A stretch of DNA of 64,000 bases from Paragordius varius (lineage: Eukaryota; Animalia; Nematomorpha), in NCBI GenBank assembly GCA_964247055.1, contig OZ176056.1, positions 2,790,001 to 2,854,000 on the forward strand. The letters are read 5' to 3'. Position 1 is the stretch's first letter. The number at the start of each line of letters is the position of its first letter. The notes under the pieces were generated by a model that saw only the letters and a program-made list of their open reading frames with translations, made no database searches and was not told the DNA's origin. The translations under genes were made by a program, and so were the position numbers. This document shows, in pieces, positions 24,997-38,034 of the stretch.

Positions 24997-25530
24997 ATCT
25001 AGATACATTAAACTTTTAACATGTCCTGGAAAAGGAAGATTTTGGGTGATAAAAATTTCATGCTGGCCAAATTCGATGTAAAACATTTTGCCATCGATCT
25101 TTTTCCGATTGTAAGTAAGCTTCTAGAGCAGAATCCCTGTTTTATTTATCAATCTTCTTGCTGCCTCTTTCCAAGTAAATGCTTTCCGATGATTGCTATT
25201 TTCATGATGGATTAATTTATATTTTTTCCTCCATTCATTTAAACCATGCGTAGTATAAAATATGATGGTAAAGAATAATATCGATTAAAAAGAAGGAAAA
25301 CCATACGCAGATTTGTTTTTTGGTGAATATAAAATCTATGACCTCTCAACTTTCTTTTTTACCGACACGTTGGAAAAACCAAGATTGAGGGATAGAACGA
25401 TGATTTTTTGTTTCAAAGAGATTGCATTTATTTTGAAATCCTTGACCACGAATAATCATTTCTGGTTGAGATATTACGGGGACATTTTTATTAGAACATT
25501 TTAAAAAGGCGAAATCATTAAACTCTATAG

Positions 25531-28256
25531 CAGGGGTGGCCAACGAGGTGACCGCGGTCACTTTCGTGACCGCGACAACTCAAAAAGTGACCGCCTGAAA
25601 ATATTTTTTTTTAAATTTTATTGATTTTTTTCGGATAGTTGGCTACTTCTGAGCTAATTTAAATTTAAAATACAAAAAAATACGGTTTAAATTAAAAAAA
25701 ACGTCTAAGAAAAGGGTGTAAAAAAATTATTTTATTAATTATAATTCATATGTTTTGGAGCATTTGCATTAAAACTTAAAATCAGTCATTTCCCTTGAAT
25801 ATATCAAAACTTTGAGCAAAGCTTATTCATAAATCAGAAGCATAATCGTGAAGTTAGATTTGATTTGATACACCAAAAGTAGGTTTTTAAAACTTATATT
25901 TTAGAATGAGCCAAAAAAAGTTGTACAGATACAAGAAAGATTGGGAGCATGAATACTTTTTTATTATGATAAATGAAACATGCACCTATCTAATATGCAA
26001 TAGTACTGTTGCTTTGCCCAAAAAGTCAAATATTGAAAGACATTATAGATCTCTGCATCCACATTACTCCAAAAACTACCCCTTACAAACTCAAGAACGC
26101 AACATTAAAGTAAAGGAATTAAAAGAACAATTATCCGCCTCACAAAATAGCATACTTAAATACAACAAAGGCTATAAAAATGCTACGATTGCTTCATTCA
26201 AGGTAGCGGAAATACTCATTCGGAACAATAAGCCATTCCAAGATGGTGAAATATTTAAAGAAGCCTTTATTAGCGCTTGTGATATTTTATTTGAAAATTT
26301 TGATAACAAAAATAATATTATGACAGCTATTAAAAGCATAAGCTTATCGAGAAATACCGTTATGCGCAGGGCTGAAGATATTAGTAATAATCTTGATGAA
26401 ATTTTACATGAAAATATTAATAACTGTATTTTTTTCCTTGCAACTCGATGAGTCCACCGATTATGTTGGAATCGCCCAATTATGCATTTTTATTCGTATG
26501 ATATTTAGTGATTTATCTGCAAAGGAGGAATTATTAACTATAATACCTCTCCACGAACGAACCAGAGGGCAGGATATTTTTGATTCTTTTTATAAATTTA
26601 TCACAGATAAACTTCTCATCGTAAAACTCGCATCTATAACTACTGATGGAGCTCCAGCTATGATTGGCGTTAACAACGGCTTTATCGCTTTATGTAAAAA
26701 TCACAGTGCATTTCCCAAGTTCATTGATTACCATTGTATAATCCATAATCAAGTTTTATGTTCAAAAGTTTTAAAATACCATCATGTAATGAACCCCTGT
26801 TTTAAAATTGTTAACGCCATTCGAACAAAAAGCTTGTCCCGCCGCCAATTTCGAATTTTGTTAAATGAGTGCGGCGTGGAATATGGAGAACTTTTATTAC
26901 ATACTGATGTAAGGTGGTTGAGTCGTGCCGCATTTTTAATTAGATTTAGGCAACTTTTACCACAAATAGAAATTTTTTTAGAGAATTCTAAATTTTCATA
27001 CCCTGAATTGAAAGATCAAGATTGGCTGCTTGATCTTGCATTTTTATGCGATATCACGGAAAAATTGCATAAATTAAACATCCAATTACAAGGAAAAGAT
27101 AAAACAATAATGGATATGATGGGTGCTTTAAAATCTTTTAAGGAAACACTAACAGTAGTAGAAACACAATTAAAAAACCGAGATTTAAAACATTTTTTTA
27201 ATCTGGCAGCGGTGTCTGAAAAAATAGAGAATCTCTCTTTTGAAAAATATGCAGATGATATTGGTCTGCTTATTAATGATTTTGAAAAACGATTTTCATC
27301 TATAAATAAACTTGAAGACATCGCTATTTTTTTATCATGCCCATTTAATAATAATAATAATAATGTTGAATATATTGCTCAAAAACTCAGCCACTTTCTT
27401 GGTGTACCAAATTTAGCAGAGTTGGAAGAGGAATTAATAAATGTTAAATGCGATATCCATCTAAAATCATTAGGATCAGATATATATAAATTTATAAATA
27501 AAGATAAATACCCCCATATTTGGAAAACCGCTGCATTATTCAATTCTTTTTTTGGATCCACATATTTATGTGAATCGGCTTTTTCAATTATGAATGCTAT
27601 CAAAACTAAACAGAGGTCACAATTAACTAATAAACATTTAGAATCATGTTTGAGAATTGCTTTGACTTAATTTGAACCTAATTTAGATAAACTTTCTGAA
27701 TTTTTTCGCAGTCGGGCGTTTTAAATATTTTTTTCTTTATTAAATATGGATGTTTATCGAGTTGTATTTTCGCTTAGGAAAAAGCCGATTTACTAAAAAA
27801 TATGTGGATAGAATTAAAACTGATACAATTTTAATGTACTCTTATTTATGTTCAAATTATGGTTCTAAATTGGAATGCTATTTTTTCTTTCTTTTATTTT
27901 TTGTATCATAATGTATTCTCCCCTGTAATTTCAAATGCATTGTTTAAATTTTTATATTGTAAAATTTCATATAATAGAAATTTAATAAATAAATATTTTG
28001 AAGTGTTTTATGTTGGTTAAAAAATTAAGGTAGTTAATAACCCGTTGTCTTTTAATTAAAATTATTTTTGTATTTGGTTGATAGATAAAAAAATTACAAT
28101 TTTAAAATGGTTTAAACAAGTCACACTCTAATCTGTAAAGCAGGTATATACATCATTTAAAGTGTTGATTGAGTTTTTTTGATAAATATTTCTGGGTGAC
28201 CGCGAACTCTTTTTTTAACAAAAAAGCTCGCGACAAAAAAAGTGTGGCCACCCCTG
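25531..28256 (+). mobile_element. Full-length hAT element, GTF2IRD2/SPIN-like (Buster group), nested in element A
   Basis: TIR CAGGGGTGGCCA / TGGCCACCCCTG; perfect TSD CTCTATAG; the empty site is visible in element B at about 38840. Confidence 0.93.
25906..27670 (+). pseudogene. hAT transposase (about 590 aa) split by a single frameshift in a T7 run at 26429-26435
   Basis: The first frame has a BED-like N-terminus (YKKDWEHEYFF...LIC...SNIERHY). The second frame has SLQLDESTD, ITTDGAPAM, HCIIH, VRWLS and FGSTYLCESAFS (DDE core and dimerisation domain). Confidence 0.9.
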
Positions 28257-28799
28257 CTCTATAGGTATTGCGCTTGGAATCACAAATGGTATATTTGTAG
28301 TTTTCTCATCTCTTTATTGGATTAATAACTAGGATTTAAGGTGTAGTTCTTAATATTAAGGGGTACCGTTATGTTTATGTCGCATACACTTTTTTCAATG
28401 TTATGGGATATTTTGGTTAAAAAAGATTTACTCATTCGTTTTATTTGTTTTATTCTCTTCCTGGATCTTTCGTTTCCTATTTGCGTAACCGCTGAGTTTT
28501 GGCAATATCTGATAATAATGAAAATAATTATAACAAATACAAAGCTATATTACCTACTTTGTTAGAGATGAATAGAAATAAGTTTGTACATGTAGAAGGG
28601 AATACCTGCATCAAAGTTGTTTTTTGCATAATGTCTCTTAGTCTCATTTATAAAAATTTTATATTTTTTAGGGATTATTACGTAAGTTGCTGAAATCCTA
28701 CTAGAAAGTTGTTATAATATTTGCATAAATTAAATTTAATTAAGAAAAATTATTTTGGCGCCCCTAAAAACAGCGCCCGGGGCATGATGCACCCCCTTG

Positions 28800-28818
28800 C
28801 CCCCCCCCCCCCCCCCCC
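28800..28818. repeat. C19 homopolymer in the hAT subterminal region
   Basis: Direct reading; the paralogous site in element B is only G7 (about 38050). Confidence 0.9.
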
Positions 28819-29470
28819 TTGGTACGCCACTGCAACTGGGTTAAAATTAACAAGATACAGAAAAGGTTGATAAACAATTGTTTTAACAAAAATATTATAC
28901 TAATAATGAGTTAGTTGAGCCCAAATATTAGGGTAAATTTAACATGTTCAAGGGTAGAAATATTTTATAATATGAAATGCTTAAGGATGGAATTTATGGG
29001 ATGTTCAACACGGTTTTTGCGATACGCAAAAATGCTCTAAAAAATTGGAATTAAATCAAAAATATACGATTATTTCGAAGATATATTATCCAAAATTGAG
29101 GTCAAGAAAACCAAAATATATCAAAGCAGCCACGAAGATGTTTATGTTGAACATTAATGATTTAAGGCTCAATGGTATATTTTATCCTTTGAATATATCA
29201 ATTTACATCCACAACCATAATTTTTCCAATACAACGAGTTATTTTTTAAAAATCTATATAGTGGTCTTAATTACCATATTTTTAATTTTAAGCAATCAGT
29301 TAATTTATAGTTTATTAATTACCCAGAAGTAAGAAAAAAATAGGGCGTAAGTAAACAAACAATTTGCAGTCTATGTGCGTCTGTTTACAAATTCTAAAAA
29401 TAATTTGTTTACTAAATTCGATTCGCAAAATTTAACCTATATCTTTGTTATCGATTAAAAAATTGAAAAT

Positions 29471-29478
29471 TATATAAA
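29471..29478 (+). promoter_or_regulatory. Candidate TATA box of serpin 1
   Basis: TATATAAA about 70 nt before the ATG, mirrored by the same motif upstream of serpin 2; weak in AT-rich DNA. Confidence 0.35.
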
Positions 29479-29549
29479 GTAGGATGTATTGCTAAAATTT
29501 ATTTTAATATTTTTTTTTGTTAAAAACTTTGACAATCCTTACCCATAAA

Positions 29550-30948
29550 ATGAAACTGATATTAATTGTAATACTTTTTGCCTCTACACTATCATGTTTT
29601 TGGAGTCAACCTTTGGAAACAAGCGAGAGATCAAACTCAACTGCATATCTATGGAAGGGTCAAACATTGAAGAAAATTGTATCATATCACCCATTACAGT
29701 AAAAGCAAGTCTTGCTTTGGTAGAAGCCGCTAGTTCCTGTAAAAACAAAATTATCTCTCCCTGATTTAGCCAATGATGCTAAATCCTTCATAGTCGCCAA
29801 CAATGTTAAATTATCATCAGGATTGGCCAACAATACGGATACCACAATAAGTTTAGTAAACGCCGTGTATGTGGATAAACGATCTAAGCTAAATCCTAAA
29901 TTTGAATCTATCGTCAAAGATTTCGGAGCACCCAAAGCAATAAATATGTCAGACTCTCAACAATCTATAAATGAAATCAATAGGGATGTTACGAATTGGA
30001 CTCATAATAAAACCACGAAAATCATTGAGAGTGTTTCATCGAATACTGCAAATTTTCATATCTTCCATGTACTTCAAAGCTTTGTGGCTTAAACCATTTC
30101 AAAAGTAAATTATTAAACAAAAAAGCAACTAATGTTAAAAATATTTTTCTTTGAATTAATTGTCAGTATTGATGAATATGTGTAATAAATTATTGAAATT
30201 TAGAGTCAAGAAAAGCCTATTCAAAGAGTACAAAGGGAATGTGACCTTGGTTGATTCATTGAGCACAAATGACGATATTACAGTATACAATGCAAGCGAA
30301 ATCAATTCAACCATAGTAGTTTTGCCATACAAAAATGATAACTTTACATTTACTGCCATTGTCCCTGGAACTAAAGAAAATATGCACCGCATTCAAAACA
30401 TATTGAATAATAAGGTTGTTGAGAATAGAGTCATGTCTCAAATCTCTAGTTGGATAAATGCATCAAGCAATACCACAAAGCGTGGATTAAAAATTCCCTT
30501 AATCAATATAACAGCTGAACATGATCTACTTTCCAAACTTGACAAAGCACTCCAGTGCCATTAAGAGTAACAATTTTTTTGTATAGTTTTCATATTATTA
30601 TGCTTGTTTGTAACTCAAAACTGGCAAATTTTAGAAAAAAATTCTTAGATTATGCCATATTTTTTGTATTGAATGATAATTTATCTTTCTCTCTTTAGTA
30701 AATTGGACAATATATTTGACACAGAAGTTTCAATTACACGCATGGTTCAAAAAATTAGATTAGAGACGGGAATAAATGGTACAGAAGGGGCGAGCGTTGT
30801 GGCAACTGAAATGATGTATAGATCTGCCGATCTTAATTACAGAATCAATCGACCTTTCCTCTATTTTATTTCCCATTCAGATGGTGACATCCTTTTTGCT
30901 GGGCGATATGCCATATCCCCATCTTCTAACAGTGGACTCTCAAATTAA
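29550..30948 (+). pseudogene. Serpin 1 (secreted-type serine protease inhibitor), disrupted
   Basis: Signal peptide MKLILIVILFASTLSC; exons 29550-30104, 30204-30566 and 30699-30948 (phase 2 introns). Motifs NCIISP, SMYFKALWLKPF, GTEGASVVATEMMYRS and INRPFLYFI. Frame shifts near 29650, 29740 and 30045, and an in-frame TAA at 30562-30564 where serpin 2 has AAA. Confidence 0.88.
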
Positions 30949-33699
30949 AGCCCTCTTTAAATCACAACATTAATATATTAAATAAATATATGAAAAAATA
31001 TTATAGATATCCATGTGGAGGAATTCTTAGAATAGGTTCTTATTAGTACATTTTAATTATATAAACTATTATGCATATTATTGGTTGCAATGTATGATAT
31101 AGTCTAAAGCTTTTGTTCATTTCTTTACAGATTATGGTAATCTCATCCCTTTGTAAATATAAAGTGACAACACAAAAATTATTAAATTAACTTAAGTAAG
31201 TATGCAAAAATAATTCTGATATAATTTTAATCAAAAAGTTTAACAGATTTTGCGTAGTAGGTTTGGAGGAAGCCATTTAACAATGTGTTTGGTGATATCA
31301 TATCGAAAGATCACAAAATTAGCGCACTTTTATCAAAATCTAAATTCAATATTCCAAAAATATCATAAAAATATAGTTAAATTGTATTCTTTAATATAAT
31401 GTTGACAAATAAGTAATTTAAACCCCTTAATATCAGAGAAATATATATAGATGAAAAAAGTTAAAGCCTGTTTTAAATATTATAGTACATATAGTACTTA
31501 ATTAATCGATGAAAAAACGGAGAGAATTAGAAGCTAAGAAATTTTAAACCACAACATGTTAAGACTTTATGACCTTTTGAGTTTAAAGAGCGATATTAAA
31601 TTCAAATATCTTAAAAAGTATTTAATAGGCGGAATTTATAAATATGCTTTCTTTAGCCTTCGGGGGCATGATACAAGATAGTTTTTATAAAAATCAAAAT
31701 TTGTAAGTAAATAAGCTCATCTCCAACTGTTACCTGCCATTTTTTTTAAATTTTTTAAATGGGTAATATCACTTGGATACAAAACATTTATTCCCCGTTT
31801 CGCAACCCAAAAAGATGATTAAATTCATAAAAATACAAGAAAATATAAGGTTTTTTTTAAAAATATCATTTACATTTTTAATAAATTACTGTAAGTTCCG
31901 TTTAGAAAAATATCATCTCATAGAAACTACCAAAAAAATAAAATATTAAAGATAGTAAACTCATGAAAGGTTTAATTTTAAAGATATTTAACTAAATCTA
32001 CTTTTTGTATGAATCTATCGAGAGTTTAATAAACCAATTCAATATTCTATTTCATATAATCGCCTATATAATTCTGATTACCTGCGTTAAATATAGGTGG
32101 CTATAAAAAATACATGAAAATCATATGTTCTGATAGAAAATAGTATCAGTTATTTTGGTTATATCTTTTACAAGTGATATAAGAAAGTTATTTACATTTT
32201 TCCGGTAATTGCTCCATATCAGAAAATGGCATTTGTGCAAATTTTTCTGATAAATATTTTGATGATTTAAGCAAAATCTGCCAAAATTTTTGTACTTAAC
32301 GTCATTCCGAGAAACATCTTTTAAAATATATCTTAAACTGCATAAAAAGTAAAGCAATATTTAAATTTTTTATATGTGGCCCCCAAAAGTCCTATTTTTT
32401 CTATCTGAAAACGGGCGCTTTATCATAAACGCAAAACATAAAATTTTGCCCTCTTTGAAGATATATAAAATCCTAATAAGCACATCAAAAAATACAAAAT
32501 TGGAACTTAGAGCCGCATGCGACCCGTGTTGCGCGAAGTATCAATGTTTTAAAATCTAACCAATTTTATAATATTAGTTTATCTTATTATTTGTGTTAAC
32601 CCAAATATTCACCCAAAATTAAAGCTAACAAATCTTTAAATTAAAATCTTAGTGACATTATTCAGAATAATTTTATAATGCAAAAATGTTTTTTACCGTT
32701 TCAACCATGCCATACCATTTCATAAAACTAGCTTCACCAAAATGTCGCTATAATATGAAAATTTAACACTTATGACAATTTCACTTTTTGTCCGCGATGA
32801 CATATTGTGGTAGAGGTTTATCCAAGAGCTTAATCTAAACTCTTTGAAAGTTATTTAAGTTAAATTCAAATATCAACATTACTCTCCTAAATTAAAAAAG
32901 CTTATAAATTATTTTTTAACTTCTCCAAAACACGATCAATCATTTGATAACTAAAACAAGAACCTTAAGTTATTGATGATAAAATGTGTTAGGATAACTA
33001 AACTTAATTATTTCAATTTTCTAACCATGATATAATTAATTATTTGCCTATTGTATCAATTTAAAATAAGTCGGCGAAAAAGTGTAAGATAGGGATTTTC
33101 GTATTTCACATTTTTTTTAAATATTGCAGCATATACCTTTAGTATGAATATTGCAAATTCGACTTAATACTATAAATATTTTTAGAGATATTTAATGTTA
33201 ATTCGCCATAAGATATATAACTGCTGCACAAGGTCATGATTGTTAAGAATATTTTAAATATCTGAATTTCATTTTCAAAATATTGCGGCAATCAAAATGT
33301 AAAGTACATGATTAACACTTCGATTCGAAGTATCTTAATATCCCAGACCATTTTTAAATTGGTGTTCTTAACAAACTACCTAATAGAATTGTAATTTAAA
33401 TTTATGCTTCTATTCCATAAATTATATAGTTAAATCAAAATATCTTAATAAATTTACCTTTTGAAAAAATTCTCATCTCGAATTGGTTTGCACCAAAATT
33501 ATTTTTGAATTTTACCAGAATACATCTTATTTTTTAATTTTGCATAATCCCACTTCTTGTAAAGATATCCATTAAAATATTTCCCATTACAAAGCATTTA
33601 TTTTATTAATTTTCAGGTAATTTTGATAGTAGCAGAGATTCGAGCGATATGGTTAATGTCATCTTCGGAATCAGTCATAAAAAATTTTATTCAGATTTG

Positions 33700-33900
33700 A
33701 ATATAACGGAAAATATGGCTTATTCCAAATCAATTGTTTGGATTATAAATAAACTCAAAAATCCAATATAATTCATTTTATCCCCAGGGCCAAATCAATT
33801 ATCCAGGACCACTATAATATTTAATTCTTTCATTAATGACATAAAATATTTGATTATGAAATACACATATGCCTAGGCTCAATCAGAAAATTGGATTACA
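33700..33900 (+). mobile_element. Decayed CR1/L2-type LINE RT fragment
   Basis: Frame-broken match to the GVPQGS-LGP-LF-IFINDI motif (CCCCAGGGC...GGACCACTA...TTCATTAATGACATA). Confidence 0.35.
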
Positions 33901-34399
33901 AAGCTTGCCTCAAGTCTGCAGGATAGATAAAAATTATCAAAATAACTTTCCTGGCTTTAGAAAAGTTGAGAATTTCGAAACGCAATAATATTAATTTGAG
34001 GTATATACATTTATATATTATACAAAGTGCTGTTTGTGGCCAAGATCTGTTGATAAAAAATCCGTAATATCAAGTGTGCCAAAATCCGGTGTGCGAAAAC
34101 CACAAAAAAACCACCATTTATTGCATTAATTGCTAAATATTTATTATTGTTTTTTTTGTATATTATGTAAACCTTTAAAAATGAATATTCACAGAATAAC
34201 ATGTTTCCTAATTTAGTATTTTGGCCTAATTTGAAAAACGATCTCACTTAATGGGTAGAGAATTGCAGGGCCTGACAATCCAACTGAACCAATCCTGAAA
34301 CTTAACCCTATCTGTGGAGTTTTAGGAGCGGCTTGGTATATATATATATATATTTATTGGCCCACCGCGGTTACTAGTCGTTAGTACTTATCGATAACG

Positions 34400-35200
34400 C
34401 CAAAGGGATTTCGATTTAGAGTATTCTTAATTGCCTGGGAAAACTTATTGCTAGTTTTGGATTTCCTTGTCAATTGTAACTGACAATGCCAGCTGTCGGT
34501 ATAAAAGAATTTGATAAAGCACATCTGCACCAAACCCTATTATCAAAGATCAACGTGATGGTAAAAGGAAAAACCTTGAAAATAAATATTTTTATACCAA
34601 AGCTAAATTAATGCATGTATATGAAGCATTATTCATATTTCTAGAGAACGGGTTTACATGCGCCAGAAATTCCTTCCGCTTTATTCATAAAACGTCAAGT
34701 TAAAAACCCTCTCTCATAAGTAAAGTCGACCCCAGTCGAATTTATGAACCATATATAGAACCGCACCGCGATTTTAGACTAACTTTTCTGTATAAAAAAT
34801 GAGTCGAGTAAGGGGTGGAGGCAGGGCATCATAGAAAAAGGATGACTTTTATCGTACGAAGATAAGGACAAGGAGGTAGTTAACCGAAAAACGCGTATCA
34901 GCTACCAAAAAGATAACATTATCTAAATGCGGATAGAGTTCCGGGTTACATAATGCATGTCTACGGGCAAATTCCTAGACCAATATCTGCAGTTGAAATC
35001 ACCCTTACCCGAAATACCCCAGGAAACTCAATGCAATTAAACCTGATATTGGGTCATACGACTGCTAGGCAATGTATTGTTAAGAAAAACCCCAAAACCG
35101 GAAAGAAAATCCCCTTTACGCAAGTGTCCCGATAGAATAAACGGGGGAAAATATAAGATTAATACCCACATGCGTTTGTAGATAGATATAATGGTGTTCG
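34400..35200 (+). mobile_element. Decayed gypsy integrase / 3' region remnant
   Basis: FGFPCQ-VTDN integrase motif across a frameshift; downstream region resembles the post-integrase tail at 46170-46270. Confidence 0.55.
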
Positions 35201-35734
35201 CTAGATCAGGCAAACTCAATTGTTTTTATGTTTTACTTTTTATTCTTTTTGGATTGAGACGATTATGATTATTTTTTTAAGGATGTATTCGTATTTTTAT
35301 GTTATTTTTATATAACTATTGATTCGTGTTGTATAATTAATAATGCAATACTATGATACATTAAAACCATATTCTAAGATCTATCGGAGTCAAAAACTCA
35401 GGTGATGATATAAATAATAGGGGATTTGTGAAATATCGGTTGGTTTTAAACGTGCTGAATCAACATCTAATCAGAAATCAGAAAAACAGAACAATAGGTT
35501 TATATCCAGCACATCTAACCGAACAAACTGGCGAAAATACAACCAAATAACAACAGATCGACATGATCTGTGCTATAGCAACACAAACATCCTTTTTTCT
35601 CTATAATAATTCAAATGAATATATTATAATTTATTTCATGATTTTTATCTATAGATGATTATATATTATGAAAGATGCGTTAACAAAATAAGTCAGGAAT
35701 AAATTGATGTAAAGATATAAACATTAAATTAAAA

Positions 35735-37090
35735 TTAAGCTGCATTAGGCTTGACATAGCGTCCAACAAACAAAGGAGTATCTTCATAAGCTATAACATA
35801 GATGAAAGGTCTATTGAATACAAATTGACTGGAAACACCAAATCTGTTTCCCAATTCAGAAACTGTAACACTTGCTCCTTCGGTACCGTTAACCGTGGTT
35901 TTCAATACATTGTGATGGATAATGGAGCTTATCTCAAGAGCCTTGCCTGACTTTCTTACTTTATCCATTTTGCTACATTGAGAAATCAAAAAAGTTATAG
36001 ATAATAGAACCAAAATAGGGAATAAATTTTTATAATAAAACAAAAATTACTCTTTATGGCATTTCAATTGATTGGACAATAGTTTAAGCATGTCATATCT
36101 GCTCTGCTCGTCTAAAGCCGGTATTTTTACACCTTCAGAATTCAGTTTGGTGGCTTCTTTCACCCATTCTTTGATTTGAGGTATTATGTTTTGGTTAAGT
36201 TTGGCCTGTACATCAGTAAAATTAGTGGTCTCTGGTTGAATCGCATAAAATTTATATTTGGGATCAGTGTATGGCAATTCTAATATGATGGAATCGTGTT
36301 TCGTTGCATTGTATAATGTTGTATTCCTTTCTGTCGACAACATTTTGACCTGGGTTTTCGTTTTATCCAATGATGTAAAAAGTTCATATGTTCTAATATA
36401 AAAATCATATAATTAAACGCAAAAAGAAAGAGTAAAAAGTATAATATTTATATGTAATATGTATTTACATCTCATTAAAGGGATTGAGCCAGGTAGCATT
36501 GAAATACATGGCAGAGATTAGGAGGGCTTTCGCATCTCCACTCAAGTTTTCCACAACTTTTTCGATTTTACCGTGAGTTAGATTTGAAACTTTCCAATTA
36601 ATTTGGCTTACAGTATTAGGGGTACTGAACGAAACCTTTTCTACCGAACCATTTAAACTTTTAACATCCATCTCATAATTAGAGCTTAATTCTTCTTGAC
36701 TATCAACATACAGAAGATTAGCTAATTCCATTGTTGCGGATTTACTGCTTGTGGTTGTCGGTGAGCCCATAGACCTTAAAAAAGTTTGAACATCCTCACT
36801 AAATTTGGTTTGTTGGCTAAAATTGGATTCGGACATGAACTTCCTTTGGTTAGCAAAGCTAGATTTGCATATAACGTGATTGGAGACTTTAAAACATTAG
36901 TTTGAGTAGAGTCATCAAAGTATTTTAAACCATCTTCCAAATTTTTCAACTCTGAATTTTCTGTTTCAGGAGTCAAATGCGACGGATTTGATGATAAGGA
37001 TGATGGTAAAGCATTATAATGATAAATTAAGCAAGTAAGAAATAAAAGAGATTGGATAAAGGAAAGGGCTTGCATAGAGTATTTAATCAT
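35735..37090 (-). CDS. Serpin 2 (secreted-type), one apparent frameshift near 36833
   Basis: Exons 37090-36469, 36392-36051 and 35972-35735 (GT-AG introns of 76 and 78 nt, phase 2, same positions as serpin 1). Motifs NVLKSP, AMYFNATWLNPF, GTEGASVTVSELGNRF and FNRPFIYVI; about 395 aa if the frame is restored. Confidence 0.85.
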
Positions 37091-37154
37091 TTTGAGATAG
37101 GTAAGTTGATGGATGAAAAATAAATTTGTGTTAATTGTTAGATTTTTTAGGGGG

Positions 37155-37162
37155 TTTATATA
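37155..37162 (-). promoter_or_regulatory. Candidate TATA box of serpin 2
   Basis: TATATAAA on the minus strand 65-80 nt upstream of the two candidate ATGs. Confidence 0.35.
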
Positions 37163-38034
37163 GTTTTAAATTAGCAAAGTCATATGTAAGTATTTACGTT
37201 GTTTAAAATTACAAGAATTTTGCTTATGTAAAACGTTCGTTTAATATTACTAATAAGATAGTCTTGTTATTTATTTACATAAGCGAGTGATTTACTGATA
37301 AAATTTCAACTAACGTATAAATTTGTATTATTTTTAAATGTAAATGATTTAGCAATTCTGGGTATTTTTATTACGAACAACAAAAACATGGATATTCTGC
37401 GAATAATCATACTAAATTTGCGTCAATCAGTAATAATAATAAAATAATTTAACATGTAGTATTAATGAGTCATTTAAAACAACATAAGGACCATTTTATG
37501 CATTTATTCGTAAATTGGAAATTTGCGCCGATTTGAGAAGTATAATAATAATTTATACTGTTTGTTGATTAATTTGCAATTCTAATATATTATGAAGGAA
37601 TTGGACAAATAACCAAAATATGCTATCAAATTAAAATGATATATGAACCATCCCTTATTTTAAACTCTATGCAAAATGTGTTGGTTAAAAACACTCTGTT
37701 AGTACTACTTGACTCTGGATTTTAGAGTTGTATGCTTTATGTTATTAAAAAATTCAATAGGAAGCATATTTAAGTATACGATTTTGATGCCTTTGAATTT
37801 ATTAATTCGAAAAAACGGTTTCCTGCAAACTTATTTTATATAAAAAAAAGTCAATGCTTTCAGGGGTGCCCATACAAATCACTTCGTGGGGTGCACTCAT
37901 TATATATTGTAAAAACATATTTTTATGATTTCATACATAATACAATATTATCATTGTTTTTTATTAGTGCCAATATTTTAGAATGTCAGTAAACTTGTTA
38001 AAGTTATAAGATTTTAAAAATAGCATGTTATGTA

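Larger units (their letters stand above)
22528..28832 (-). mobile_element. Tip100/ZMYM1-type hAT element A (defective, with nested insertions)
   Basis: Ends AGAGGCGTACCGAGC / GGTACGCCACTG, both flanked by CAACTGG. Minus-strand fragments read WQNVLHRI and QNLPFPGH. Colinear in inverted orientation with element B (38035-40190) once the nested inserts are removed. Confidence 0.85.

Noticed and set aside
26422-26450. Programmed -1 frameshift at T-TTT-TTC in the hAT transposase
   Set aside because: The downstream transposase frame is +1 relative to the upstream frame; a -1 slip gives PCNSMS, not SLQLDES.
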